Shown piece by piece: positions 1-9,262 of a stretch of 64,000 nucleotides of DNA. The notes below the pieces were generated by a model. The model had not been told where the DNA came from. It saw only the letters and a list, made by a program, of their open reading frames with translations, and made no database searches. Numbering within the stretch: position 1 is the first letter of the stretch; each line of letters begins with the position of its first letter. A program made the position numbers and the translations under genes. Source of the stretch: a virus; IMG/VR virus record IMGVR_UViG_3300038803_000160; one strand, written 5' to 3'.

Positions 1-114
1 TGGCGACTGGCAAGAGCCCTTCGCCTCGCAAATGGACGCCTATTGCAAGCGGGTTGGGGAATACTCGCTTATTGTTGGCGACGATGGCCGCATTCATGGT
101 ATGGGGGGCTGACC

Positions 115-336
115 ATGCGATACCTAACCGACACGCTTCCGAACGCGAAAAGCTATGCCACGCGCAAGAACGCTATGGCAGCGCTAGAGCTAGCGCGCGG
201 CCTTATCCCGGAAGGCGCCACAGTGCTGACCACACAACGGGATGACGGGCGCTGGCTCGCAGTCGTGGTCTATCGTCACACGCTCTATTACAATTTCCTC
301 GCGCTAGCTGACCGGGGGATTGTCATCACAGACTAG
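115..336 (+). CDS. hypothetical protein
   Basis: ORF; ATG at 115 preceded by GGGGG; followed by hairpins. Confidence 0.5.
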   Translation: MRYLTDTLPNAKSYATRKNAMAALELARGLIPEGATVLTTQRDDGRWLAVVVYRHTLYYNFLALADRGIVITD

Positions 337-339
337 GCG

Positions 340-1300
340 GGAATAGCCCCGGTCAAAAGCCGGGGCCCCGTCCCAAAACGGGACACACTTTTACTCCCCG
401 TTTACCTTTCCGCGCAATTTTCTTGCGCAAAAGCGGACTTTTAAGCAATAATTAACCATTTCCCCATGTCCTAGACCGCATGTTTCGGGACATTCAGCGT
501 TGGCACGACATTTGCCAGGACATGCGTTCCTGGTTCGTTCTCAATTTACCGGAAAATACCGCTTTTTATCCACTTTTTCCGCTGGGAGGGTTAAAAAACC
601 GTTGACGAGCGGCCCTGTGGCCACTATGTTACAGGGTGTGGCCTTGTGGCAACAGGATTAATTTCCTGGGTTGTCTGCTTAAAAATGTCCTAAATGCCGC
701 AGTTTAGGACTGTCCCGATTTGCGCCACCTCTTCACACTCCCCACATACTCTCCCTTGTGCACAGTGTGACATGCTCGCCACAGGGAGAGCAAGACCACT
801 AAGGGCATTGTTCACTATCTTAGGGCAATTCGCCACGCCCTTACGCTTTCCCTCTTGACATTTCAGGCCCTTACCCCATGGGGGCACACTGTGCAGGCCC
901 GTGCCCTAGCATACCCTACCTAGTACCCTAATACAACATGTTGCACACATGCACCACACACACCACATGACATAGTGTGTGATAGTATTGACACAATGTG
1001 TTGATGTAATCACATGTGTGAATACTGTCGCACTGTGCTATATCTACTACACATCGGACAATAACCACTAAGTCAAGTCACATTTCAACTATTACTCTAC
1101 ATGGTTACTACTTGGCAAATCCTAACGCGTATTCATCATACACATCGGACAGCTCGATCGTACTAATCCCATACGATCGTCCATAGATCGTCAATCATTC
1201 GATGTACAACCTATCAAGTGTACTCTTTCACCTTTCGTTAACCACGTCGAGGGGACCCAAGGCCCCCCACACCCGGGGGCACCAGATTTGCGACACCTAG
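340..1300. other. AT-rich non-coding region, candidate terminus/packaging or origin region
   Basis: No credible ORF, low GC, CACA/TGTG-rich, CACATCGGACA repeats, G/C-run cluster at 1251-1283. Confidence 0.45.
441..456. promoter_or_regulatory. CtrA-binding box
   Basis: TTAA-GCAATAA-TTAAC is an exact TTAA-N7-TTAAC match in non-coding DNA. Confidence 0.6.
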
Positions 1301-1307
1301 GGTCTCG

Positions 1308-1556
1308 TTATATGAACTTAGGTTGCGGATGCATCCCTAGTTTCCCGACGCGGATGCCGCCCTCTCGATGCAGCGTCAGGCCCCAGATTTTGACTCCCAC
1401 ACGCACGCCCAGAACCTCCTGGACGGCGGTGTCGAACTCCTCGGACTGGTATGACCAGATCGCCGCCAGCTTGCCCGCCTCGACAGCCGTCAGGCGCCTG
1501 GATCGGGGCTTCCACTCTCGCGGCCCGCGCTTCTCCAACCAGCTCACACGATACAT
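1308..1556 (-). CDS. hypothetical protein
   Basis: ORF co-oriented with the leftward operon. Confidence 0.35.
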   Translation of the reverse strand: MYRVSWLEKRGPREWKPRSRRLTAVEAGKLAAIWSYQSEEFDTAVQEVLGVRVGVKIWGLTLHREGGIRVGKLGMHPQPKFI

Positions 1557-1586
1557 CGGACCATCCCCACATCGGACAATAGAAAA

Positions 1587-1862
1587 TCAGACAATAAAAA
1601 ACCCGACCATCACCTCCTCGGAACATCCAAGCGGAAACGGACCCCCTTCCGTCGGGACACCATATTTCTGCGCCAGGGCGTAGTGACGCCTGTCAAGGAC
1701 AAAGCCTCCTGCCCGCGCCCAATCGAGCAGCGCGGTGATGCCTTCCTTCGAGTTCCACGGGATGTCGGGCTTCACCAGACGTCGCGCCCTCTCTTCAGCA
1801 CCATCTGTTCTACGAACGGTTTCTGTCCGATGTGAGAAGGTCGCGAGGCGAAGCTCCATCAC
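1587..1862 (-). CDS. hypothetical protein
   Basis: Start overlaps upstream stop (GTGA); GGAGG RBS. Confidence 0.5.
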   Translation of the reverse strand: MMELRLATFSHRTETVRRTDGAEERARRLVKPDIPWNSKEGITALLDWARAGGFVLDRRHYALAQKYGVPTEGGPFPLGCSEEVMVGFFIV

Positions 1863-2206
1863 AACACCTCCGTCAGGATGCGCCAGGACTGCAGCATCGA
1901 GCCCTCGAAGGTGACCTCGATCGGCATACCCTGGAGCTGCTGGACGTGCTGGACCTGCGCGGCGTTCAGGAGATCACGGATGCGCAGGAACACCTCTCCC
2001 AGGCGGTTCACCTGATCGTCTCGAGACCAGTTCGCATACTCGCTGGGCCCCATGCCCCAGAAGCCCCAGAAGTCGTGGGTCCCCCATCCTGAGCCTCCGA
2101 TCTTGAAACTCACACCGAGCTGAGCGTCCTGGTAACCGCCGTAACCGACGGTCACCTCTTCGATCTTGCCGAGCATCTTCTTCATCGGCGTTTCTCCATC
2201 GACCAT
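1859..2206 (-). CDS. hypothetical protein
   Basis: GC3-rich ORF downstream of thyA. Confidence 0.7.
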   Translation of the reverse strand: MVDGETPMKKMLGKIEEVTVGYGGYQDAQLGVSFKIGGSGWGTHDFWGFWGMGPSEYANWSRDDQVNRLGEVFLRIRDLLNAAQVQHVQQLQGMPIEVTFEGSMLQSWRILTEVL

Positions 2207-2244
2207 CCCCTCAGACCGTCCCCTCAGACCGTCCCCTCAGACCG
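2206..2244. repeat. 3 x 13-bp tandem repeat TCCCCTCAGACCG
   Basis: Read directly; spans the thyA stop and the next RBS. Confidence 0.9.
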
Positions 2245-3670
2245 CCACAGGCGCGGGGATGTGCGGATGCGGGTGGTAGTCCCTGATCTGGAAGTCGTCG
2301 TACTCGAACTCCGTCACACACTTCCGGGACTTGATGATCTCCAACTGCGGGGACCTTTCTGCTGGACTGTCGTAGGGACCTCCCGTCGGCTCCCTCTTCA
2401 ACTGCGTGAGCGCCGCCAGGGCGTGGTTCGTGTAGAGGTGCACGTCGCCGAAGCTGATGTAGAGACGTCCCGGCGTGTGTCCCGTCGTGTGCGCCATCAT
2501 GTTCGTCAGCAGCGCGTAGCTCGCGATGTTGAACGGCACGCCGAGGAAGATGTCGGCGGAGCGCTGGTAGAGGTGGAGATCGAGATAGGGGACGATGTCG
2601 CCCGGCACGCGCCGCGAGTAGAACTGGAACAGCGCGTGACACGGCGACAGCGCCATCTTCGGAAGGTCCGCGACGTTCCACGCCGACACAATGATGCGCC
2701 GGGACTGTGGGTCCTCACGAAGCAGCCTCTGAGCTTCGAGAAGCTGATCGACTCCGCGACTATCGTCTTCGACGCGGACCAGCCGGAAGCCTCCGCGCGT
2801 CTGCGCGCTCTTGTTGCCGGTCCAGAGGTCAGAGAAGTTCTTCGCCTCGACCCCGTGCTGCGCACAGAAGGCGACGGTGTTTGTAAAGCTGTACTCTTTC
2901 CCGCCCTTCTCGACTACGATCCGTCGGACTTGCGTGGCTGCCATGTTTTCTGCAGGAGATACCCAAGAACACTCTTGCGGACCGTATCGGAACCCCGACC
3001 CCAGAATGTCCTTGTCGAGAACGTATGACCCGGGGTTCTTGGTTTTGTCTTCCCAGCCGGGAAGCGTCTCCACATCGCGTGCGAATTGTGCGAACTCCAA
3101 CCACGCGTCACAGACATGGACGCCGCGTGCCCCATAGTATTTGTAGCTCGGGCTGTCTTCTGAGTAGCAGCGGGCAATCATGCCTTCCCAGGTCTTGGCG
3201 AGAGGGTGTCCTTCCTTGCCCGCACCATTCGCTACCCCGAGATAAGTCGGAGACAGCCCTGCCCGCAATTGCGGCCGAGGCTTAGGAATTGCCCGGATCG
3301 TGCCTCCGGCTCTCCGCCATTGATGGGAGTAGATTGGCCCCAGCTCGCCGTTCTTGTCAGCCCACTCGTCCCAGATCGTGACTCCCACGTCGTTGAGGGA
3401 CTTCACGTTCGTGTCCCCGCGCATCATCCACAGAAGCTCGTGCGCGACCGCCTTGAAGGAGACCTTCTTCGTGGTCAGCAGCGGGAACGACCGCGACAGG
3501 TCGTGCTTCAGGTGCTCGCCGAACAGCGAGAACGTCCCGACACCCGTGCGGTCGTGACGCGACGTCGCCTCGGGTGAGTTCGCGAGCTTCGACAACAGCG
3601 CGAGGTAGCCGTAGTCGATGTTCCACTCGTGCTCGGCGGCGGACCGCCCGTGGTCGGTGTTGTCACGCAT
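2237..3670 (-). CDS. thyA: thymidylate synthase with in-frame HNH-like insertion
   Basis: DRTGVGT, FPLLTTKK, IWDEWAD, SRRIIVSAWN, LSPCH, YQRSADIFLGVPFNIASY, GDVHLY motifs; start taken at MRDNTD. Confidence 0.95.
   Translation of the reverse strand: MRDNTDHGRSAAEHEWNIDYGYLALLSKLANSPEATSRHDRTGVGTFSLFGEHLKHDLSRSFPLLTTKKVSFKAVAHELLWMMRGDTNVKSLNDVGVTIWDEWADKNGELGPIYSHQWRRAGGTIRAIPKPRPQLRAGLSPTYLGVANGAGKEGHPLAKTWEGMIARCYSEDSPSYKYYGARGVHVCDAWLEFAQFARDVETLPGWEDKTKNPGSYVLDKDILGSGFRYGPQECSWVSPAENMAATQVRRIVVEKGGKEYSFTNTVAFCAQHGVEAKNFSDLWTGNKSAQTRGGFRLVRVEDDSRGVDQLLEAQRLLREDPQSRRIIVSAWNVADLPKMALSPCHALFQFYSRRVPGDIVPYLDLHLYQRSADIFLGVPFNIASYALLTNMMAHTTGHTPGRLYISFGDVHLYTNHALAALTQLKREPTGGPYDSPAERSPQLEIIKSRKCVTEFEYDDFQIRDYHPHPHIPAPVAV
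2756..3310 (-). mobile_element. HNH homing-endonuclease-like domain inserted in frame in thyA
   Basis: WEGMIARCY..YYGARGVHVCDAW..F..F..LDKD..YGPQECSWVSPAEN signature; codon usage shifts toward A/T; no intein termini. Confidence 0.8.
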
Positions 3671-3672
3671 GG

Positions 3673-4356
3673 TCAGGCGCTCCCTTCCGTCTTCGGCGTT
3701 TCGATGATCCGGAGCTTGTGCTGGTACTTCTTCGCAAGCGCCTGGATGTGGTCGAGGTAGTATCCGTAGACGCCGCCCTTGTACTTCTGCCAGTGAGTCC
3801 ACGCCTCGTTGAGCGTGAAGGTGCGGCAGCCCATCGTGACGTGCGGTCCGCGATACGTGTCCGGGATTTCGTACATCACGTAACCGCGCTCGGTGTCGGC
3901 GAACACGATCCGGAACGGACTCATCATCGAGCCGCTGAACGAGGTCGCGGTAGAGAGCTTGCTCTCGATGAAGTCCGTGCCGACGAGACGCGCACCCCCG
4001 AGATAGGCCCCGCGCAGATCACAGTCCTCGAACTGGGCATCAACCAGGATCGCGTCCTTGAAGTAGCAGTTGCGAAGATCACAGCCGATGAAACGCGCGT
4101 CGCGCAGAGAGGTGCGGGTGAAGGTGCCATCCCGCAGATCACAGTTCTCGAACAACGCGCCGTTGATACTCGCGTCGGCGAACCCGTAGTCCGACAAGCT
4201 CGGCCTCAAGTCGAGGTTCTCGTAGAGGGCCCCGGTGTATCGAAGACGGTCGTCGTGAGCCGTCCACAGGTCGTGTTTGCTCAGCGTGTCGAGGAGCTGC
4301 TGCGACGGCCTCACGCGCTTGGGACGGGAGTTGTTCGTTCGCGACTTCGTGCTCAT
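3673..4356 (-). CDS. pentapeptide-repeat protein
   Basis: Tandem ALFEN/CDLRD/ARFIG/CDLRN/AQFED/CDLRG pentads. Confidence 0.85.
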   Translation of the reverse strand: MSTKSRTNNSRPKRVRPSQQLLDTLSKHDLWTAHDDRLRYTGALYENLDLRPSLSDYGFADASINGALFENCDLRDGTFTRTSLRDARFIGCDLRNCYFKDAILVDAQFEDCDLRGAYLGGARLVGTDFIESKLSTATSFSGSMMSPFRIVFADTERGYVMYEIPDTYRGPHVTMGCRTFTLNEAWTHWQKYKGGVYGYYLDHIQALAKKYQHKLRIIETPKTEGSA

Positions 4357-4847
4357 GGCAGGCTCCAAATCTTCTGGTAGCAGGTGTCGCGGTCCCTCAG
4401 ATCGTCCCAGGTCAATAGGACCGACTTGATCGAGGGACGCGTCGTGTAGTCGCGCGGAGTCTTGACGACCCACACACCCTTGCGAATGACGCGGAGCGTC
4501 ATGCGGGGCGTGTGCCGCGAGGCGCGCCTGATGAAGTCACAGACGACGGCGAGATCACACAGGATCGCCTTCAAGTCGGCGGCTTCCTTCTCGGGAGACA
4601 GCGGGTACGCGGGCTTCTCGTCGGGCTTCTCGTCGGACGTGTCAGGCTTGTCTGTGATGACAGGCGCGCGCGGCTCGACGGGCTTGAAGAACGTCCCGGT
4701 GTCGTCCCTCCACCCCGCCGTCCTCTCGTGCCAGTAGTACATCCGGCCCGTCCTCCGGGACCAATAGCGGTCACCCTCCTCCGCGATGTTCTCGGGCGGA
4801 TAGATCATGTGCGCGCCACGTACCTTGTGCTCGGGGATGTCACTCAT
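4353..4847 (-). CDS. hypothetical protein
   Basis: ATGA overlap with the next gene; codon bias. Confidence 0.65.
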   Translation of the reverse strand: MSDIPEHKVRGAHMIYPPENIAEEGDRYWSRRTGRMYYWHERTAGWRDDTGTFFKPVEPRAPVITDKPDTSDEKPDEKPAYPLSPEKEAADLKAILCDLAVVCDFIRRASRHTPRMTLRVIRKGVWVVKTPRDYTTRPSIKSVLLTWDDLRDRDTCYQKIWSLP

Positions 4848-5091
4848 AGACGTAGCTCTTCTGTGGGAGAGGTTTGCGGGAGGACAGACGGATGAAGCGC
4901 GCGTCGATGTAGGTCACGGCGTCGTAGGGTGCGTTCCGCATGGGGATCGACCGGTGACTGACTTGGATGTCGCGACCGATCGCGCGGACCCAGCGGATCA
5001 AGTTGTGCTCGATCCACTCTTCGAGGGTGACTTCTGCCCCGGTGAGGAGCAGAAGCTTCAGTGCGAGATCGCGGCGAAGCCAGCGGATCAC
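4840..5091 (-). CDS. hypothetical protein
   Basis: Fills the gap, with overlapping start and stop codons. Confidence 0.5.
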   Translation of the reverse strand: MIRWLRRDLALKLLLLTGAEVTLEEWIEHNLIRWVRAIGRDIQVSHRSIPMRNAPYDAVTYIDARFIRLSSRKPLPQKSYVYE

Positions 5092-5648
5092 GACGGCTGG
5101 CCCCCATCGTCCAGGGACGCCGCCGCCTTCATGACCGCCTTCTTCTCGGCGACCGCCGCGTCGATCTCCTCGGCGTTCTCGGGGAAGAGCAGCTTCTCCA
5201 GCTCCGCGAGATCATCCATGATGTCCTCGACCTTCTTGTCCGGCGCGAACTTCGCGATGAAACCACGCGTCATGCCCTGCGTGACGGCGGCGGCGTACTC
5301 GCCGACGGCGCTGACCGACACATGCTGCGTGAGGCCGAACTGCTGACGCGACATGCCCGAGATGGCACACGCGACGGTGGCGGCGATCTTCATGCCGTGC
5401 TCGGCGCCGTCGCTGTGGCCGCAGAAGTGGATGAAGAGACCCAGCAGGCGCTTCTCGGGCGGGAGGAAGCCGATCATGGTGAGAGCGGCGGAGACCATCT
5501 CCTGCACCTCCTCCTCGGCCCCTTGCTTCATCTGCTCGAACTGCTCCTGGCTCATTCCGTTCCGGATTTCCTTCCTGATCCTTTCGAGAGCCGTGCGGTT
5601 TTCGGGAGGAAGCTCAGGGATGGCAGACGGGATCGGCTGATCAGTCAT
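5088..5648 (-). CDS. hypothetical protein
   Basis: AGGAG RBS, strong codon bias. Confidence 0.7.
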   Translation of the reverse strand: MTDQPIPSAIPELPPENRTALERIRKEIRNGMSQEQFEQMKQGAEEEVQEMVSAALTMIGFLPPEKRLLGLFIHFCGHSDGAEHGMKIAATVACAISGMSRQQFGLTQHVSVSAVGEYAAAVTQGMTRGFIAKFAPDKKVEDIMDDLAELEKLLFPENAEEIDAAVAEKKAVMKAAASLDDGGQPS

Positions 5649-5982
5649 GTTGAACTCCTGTTTGACGTCTGTGCTTGCTTTTGCGGCGCTGATTTTGCCG
5701 GTGAGTCACCGGCTCCAAATGTGCCGGGTTACAGCACCTTCGGTTCCTGCATGTGTGATCGAGCTGGACCTTGGTCGGCAGGTAGCCATGCACGCAGACC
5801 CAGGCCACGCGATGCGCAGCACAGGTGTGTCCGCGTATCTCCATGCGCGGGTATCCCCCGCCCCTGCCACTGCCACTGTCGCGTCCGAGCCAGAGCCAAC
5901 ATCCGTGCGACGTCTCCACACATCTCTGGCGGATCGAATGCAGGAGCTGAACTGGACGCAAGTTGTCATGTTTTGCGTCCAT
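5641..5982 (-). CDS. HNH (His-Me finger) endonuclease
   Basis: CWLW..GYP..AHRVAW..LDHTCRNRRCCNPAHLEPVT..N. Confidence 0.85.
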   Translation of the reverse strand: MDAKHDNLRPVQLLHSIRQRCVETSHGCWLWLGRDSGSGRGGGYPRMEIRGHTCAAHRVAWVCVHGYLPTKVQLDHTCRNRRCCNPAHLEPVTHRQNQRRKSKHRRQTGVQHD

Positions 5983-6175
5983 GCTTCTCGATCCAGTCCG
6001 AAGCGAAGGCGGCACAGATCGTCAGGGCGGCGCCGCCAAGCGCGACAGTCATGTTCTCTTGCGTCGCGTTGTACGGCTCGACGTACATGCCGATGGCGAG
6101 CAGCACGGTGAACGCACCGACGAAGCCGCCTGTGCAGACCACGAACACGTAGATGACGAACGTGGTCAGGGACAT
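5966..6175 (-). CDS. small membrane protein
   Basis: Two hydrophobic segments; GGAGG RBS. Confidence 0.55.
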   Translation of the reverse strand: MSLTTFVIYVFVVCTGGFVGAFTVLLAIGMYVEPYNATQENMTVALGGAALTICAAFASDWIEKHGRKT

Positions 6176-6289
6176 CACCACTGCCTCCAGCCGAGCCAGT
6201 ATCGCGACATCAGGATGACCCATCCGCCCCACACCACGACGGGCCACAGCGTGAAGAGCATCGCGGTCCCTTGGACCAGCTCCGCACGC

Positions 6290-6595
6290 TCACGGGCTAA
6301 GCGCTCCGCTCGGCGTCTGCTCAAAGAGAAGTCGATAGTTGTTGTCCCCGGTGTCGAGAGCGAGTCGTTCGAGTCCGGCATCGGTGATCTTCCAGTAGAT
6401 GTTGTTGAAGCTGTCCGGGCGCGACTTCGCGACGAACCCGCGCTGTTCGAGGCGCCGCAACGCCTTCATCGCCCACTGCGCGTAGCTCTTGCCCGCTGCT
6501 TCTGAGATCAGCCGACAGGTCGGCGCTTTGCAGCCGTTGGACCGGCGTGCCGCGAGGAACTGCAGGATGTTGCGATCCTTCTGGGTAGTGCTCAT
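6290..6595 (-). CDS. winged-helix DNA-binding protein (LexA N-terminal-like)
   Basis: ILQFL..PTCRLISEAAG.S..LRRLEQRGFV..ITDAG pattern. Confidence 0.55.
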   Translation of the reverse strand: MSTTQKDRNILQFLAARRSNGCKAPTCRLISEAAGKSYAQWAMKALRRLEQRGFVAKSRPDSFNNIYWKITDAGLERLALDTGDNNYRLLFEQTPSGALSP

Positions 6596-6915
6596 ATGTC
6601 CTGCACCTCCCTGAAGTCCGGCACGACGCGACCGGCGAGACCGCAGTAGCCGTGATCGGTCTGGCGCATGAGCGTGACGCCGCCCCCTGAGTCACGGACC
6701 AGGGTGAAGCCTTCCTTGACCGCGTCGTGGACTTCTTTCTGAAACGCGTCGCGGCCGAGGTTCGAGATGGCTTTCGGCTTCGAGACGTGGCGAAGATCGT
6801 GCACCCACCGCCACATCATGCACTGCGAGGCGACGCACAGGCCTTGACCGCCGGGTGCGTTGTTGATGTGTGGACAGCGGCACTGCTTCGCCGCGCTCTC
6901 GGAGAGACTGGGCAT
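6592..6915 (-). CDS. Cys-rich hypothetical protein
   Basis: CRCP..CVASQCMMWRW..GYCGLAG, a phage-type motif. Confidence 0.65.
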   Translation of the reverse strand: MPSLSESAAKQCRCPHINNAPGGQGLCVASQCMMWRWVHDLRHVSKPKAISNLGRDAFQKEVHDAVKEGFTLVRDSGGGVTLMRQTDHGYCGLAGRVVPDFREVQDI

Positions 6916-7418
6916 CACGCCCTCCAGTCGTGGCGGCGGGCGAAGTCGTTGCCGAGACGGCCCGCGAACTCGGCGTGCAGGTGACGCTTGTCGAGCTTGT
7001 CGAGCGCCTTGCGCCACGCCACATGGGCGTCGATGACGAGCTTGGCGGTCGCGTTCGGCATGCCCTCGAACGACCACACCGGGATCGCCAGCAGCACTTC
7101 CTTGCGCTGCGACGACCAGATCGTCACAAGCGGGCGCGCGGCCCACGGCGTCGGGAACACGAGATCGTAGCTGTCCTCGGTGCGGGCGATGCGGGTGATC
7201 GGGGCGGCGCCGTAGACCATCTGATGCTGCTGGGAGGCACACATCAGGACGTCTTCGGAGACCTCCGTCGCCTGATTTTGCAGCGTGGTGCCCCGGCGGA
7301 AGGCGACGGCGCCGATCAGCGCGTCGTCGTAGAGCCGGACCTCCTCGTAGACGAGGCCCTGGTCACGCATGTACTTGGTCAGGCTTTCGACGGCGACGAT
7401 GGCGGCTTCTGAGATCAC
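6915..7418 (-). CDS. hypothetical protein
   Basis: AGGAGG RBS before GTG; first gene of the leftward operon. Confidence 0.7.
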   Translation of the reverse strand: MISEAAIVAVESLTKYMRDQGLVYEEVRLYDDALIGAVAFRRGTTLQNQATEVSEDVLMCASQQHQMVYGAAPITRIARTEDSYDLVFPTPWAARPLVTIWSSQRKEVLLAIPVWSFEGMPNATAKLVIDAHVAWRKALDKLDKRHLHAEFAGRLGNDFARRHDWRA

Positions 7419-7457
7419 GGCGGACCCTCCTGGTCGGTGACCCCTACCTAGCCTGAT

Positions 7458-7546
7458 GTGATCGAGGATGACAATACGTCACCGGCTCCAACGGTTAACA
7501 GGAGATGTGCTGTCTCATATTGACACACACAGTAATCTAGGGTAAC
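7458..7546. promoter_or_regulatory. divergent promoter region with two operator-like boxes
   Basis: TTGACA at 7520; GTGATCGAGGATGAC at 7458; GTAATCTAGGGTAAC at 7532. Confidence 0.6.
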
Positions 7547-7587
7547 ACTCGGGCTCCCGTTGTGTAACGAGCCTGTGAGGACCCTGG

Positions 7588-9252
7588 ATGGCCCGCATTT
7601 CGACCAAGCGTACCCAGGCCCAAGATCGGCTGCAGCGAAAGGCCGTCCGCACCGCGCTCGATGCGCTCCCCGCCTGGGTCCACCCCATGGTTCTGATGAT
7701 GTGGGAAGACTGGCGGATGGTGCGCGACTGCTGCGAAGGCGAGCGCGCCGTCAAAGACGCCGAAACGCTCTATCTGCCCGCCCAGGAGGGCATGGAGGAC
7801 GGCGAGTACGCTGCGTTCCTGGAACGCGCCACCTTCTTCAACTTCACCGATCGGACCCGCGCGGCCTTGGTTGGAACGATTTTCCGCCGTTCGACGTCCA
7901 TGAAGAACATTCCGGAGCGCGCAAAGCCGCTTCTGGAACGGTTTTCTATCGACGGCGCCCCGTTCCACCGCGTGATGACCGCCGTGGCCCTGGAATTGAT
8001 CACCACTGGCCGCTACGGCGCCCTGGTCGACCTTCCCGAGGCCCCGAGCACGACGCCGGTCCCGTTCGTGCGCCTTTTCGCGGCTGAAGACATCCTGGAT
8101 TGGGAGATTGCCTTCAACGAGGCGTCCCAGAAGCGGGAATTGTCGAAAATCGTCCTGCGCGAGCACGTTCCCCAGGTCAATCAGACCGGCCTGAAATACT
8201 ACTACTGGAATTACCGCGTTCTCCAAATCGTGAACGGAGAGGTGATCCAGAGTTACTATCAGGGTGACAAGCAGAACGCCTCCCTGCAGAAAAAGGATCA
8301 GCTCTGGTCGCGCCCAATCTCGGTGCGCGGAAAGGCGCTCACCTCGATCCCGTTCCACCTCTTCAACGTCCTGAAGGGCGGCAATAACGCGTGGGATGTC
8401 GCCAATTCCCCGCTTTTGGAGATCGCGCGCCTCAACATCTCGCACTACCGCTCGTCGGCGCAGTTGGAGCACGGCCTGTTCTTCACCGCGATGCCGGTGT
8501 TCTACGTCGAGAAGACCGGCGAAGGCGGCAACGACTACCAGCTCGGCCCCTCGCGCGTGTGGGAGATCGAGAAGGGTGGCAAGGCGGGCCTGATCGAGTT
8601 CAACGGCAACGGTCTCAAGTTCCTTGAGAACGCGCTGGAGAACAAGGAAGCGATGGCAGCCTCGCTCGGCGGGCGCCTGCTCGGCGTGACGACGCGCTCC
8701 ACCTCGGAGTCCGACAACTCTCTCAAGCTGAAAGACAGGAACGAGCAGACGATGCTTCTCGACGTGGTCGAGGAGCTGGATCGCGGCTCGCACATCATCA
8801 CCGGCTGGGTGTTCGACTTCGCCAACATCCCCGAGGGGGAGTGGAAGGATCGCGACATCTCGCACAACCGCGACTTCCTGTTCGACAGCATCGGCAGCCG
8901 CGAGTTCCGCGCGCTGGCGCAGATGTACAAGGACGGCGTCATCCCGATCGACGTCGTCTACCTGTACCTCCGTAAGGGCGACATGATCCCCGACTGGATG
9001 GACATCGACGAGTTCAAGAAGCTCCTGGAGAACGCAGAGAACTTCCCGAACAACCCCGACGTCGAGGCCAAGAAGGAAGGCTATCCGGACGCGAAGACCA
9101 AGATCGACGTCGAGGAAGCCGAGAAGGATCGCAAGTCAGCGGAGAAGACGGCAGAGGCGACGGCGAAAGCTGCCGCCAAGGCCGCACCCGCTGCAGGCAA
9201 TCAGCCTGCTGCGAAGCCCAAGGCGAAAGCGAAACCGAAGCCCAAAGCGTAA
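7588..9252 (+). CDS. portal protein (DUF4055-like)
   Basis: YLP..EY.AFLERATFFN, PLLEIARLNISHYRSSA motifs; first gene of the head module. Confidence 0.88.
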   Translation: MARISTKRTQAQDRLQRKAVRTALDALPAWVHPMVLMMWEDWRMVRDCCEGERAVKDAETLYLPAQEGMEDGEYAAFLERATFFNFTDRTRAALVGTIFRRSTSMKNIPERAKPLLERFSIDGAPFHRVMTAVALELITTGRYGALVDLPEAPSTTPVPFVRLFAAEDILDWEIAFNEASQKRELSKIVLREHVPQVNQTGLKYYYWNYRVLQIVNGEVIQSYYQGDKQNASLQKKDQLWSRPISVRGKALTSIPFHLFNVLKGGNNAWDVANSPLLEIARLNISHYRSSAQLEHGLFFTAMPVFYVEKTGEGGNDYQLGPSRVWEIEKGGKAGLIEFNGNGLKFLENALENKEAMAASLGGRLLGVTTRSTSESDNSLKLKDRNEQTMLLDVVEELDRGSHIITGWVFDFANIPEGEWKDRDISHNRDFLFDSIGSREFRALAQMYKDGVIPIDVVYLYLRKGDMIPDWMDIDEFKKLLENAENFPNNPDVEAKKEGYPDAKTKIDVEEAEKDRKSAEKTAEATAKAAAKAAPAAGNQPAAKPKAKAKPKPKA

Positions 9253-9262
9253 GGAGTAAGAC

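Noticed and set aside
2756..3310. Intein in thyA
   Set aside because: No N-terminal Cys/Ser block and no terminal His-Asn plus nucleophile; reported instead as a non-splicing insertion.
2237..3670. Hypermodified-thymidine pathway as in YuA-like phages
   Set aside because: ThyA looks canonical, and I recognised no kinase or transferase genes of that pathway.
9160..9252. Histone-like Ala/Lys/Pro tail on the portal
   Set aside because: Low-complexity portal tails are common, and nothing here indicates a specific function.
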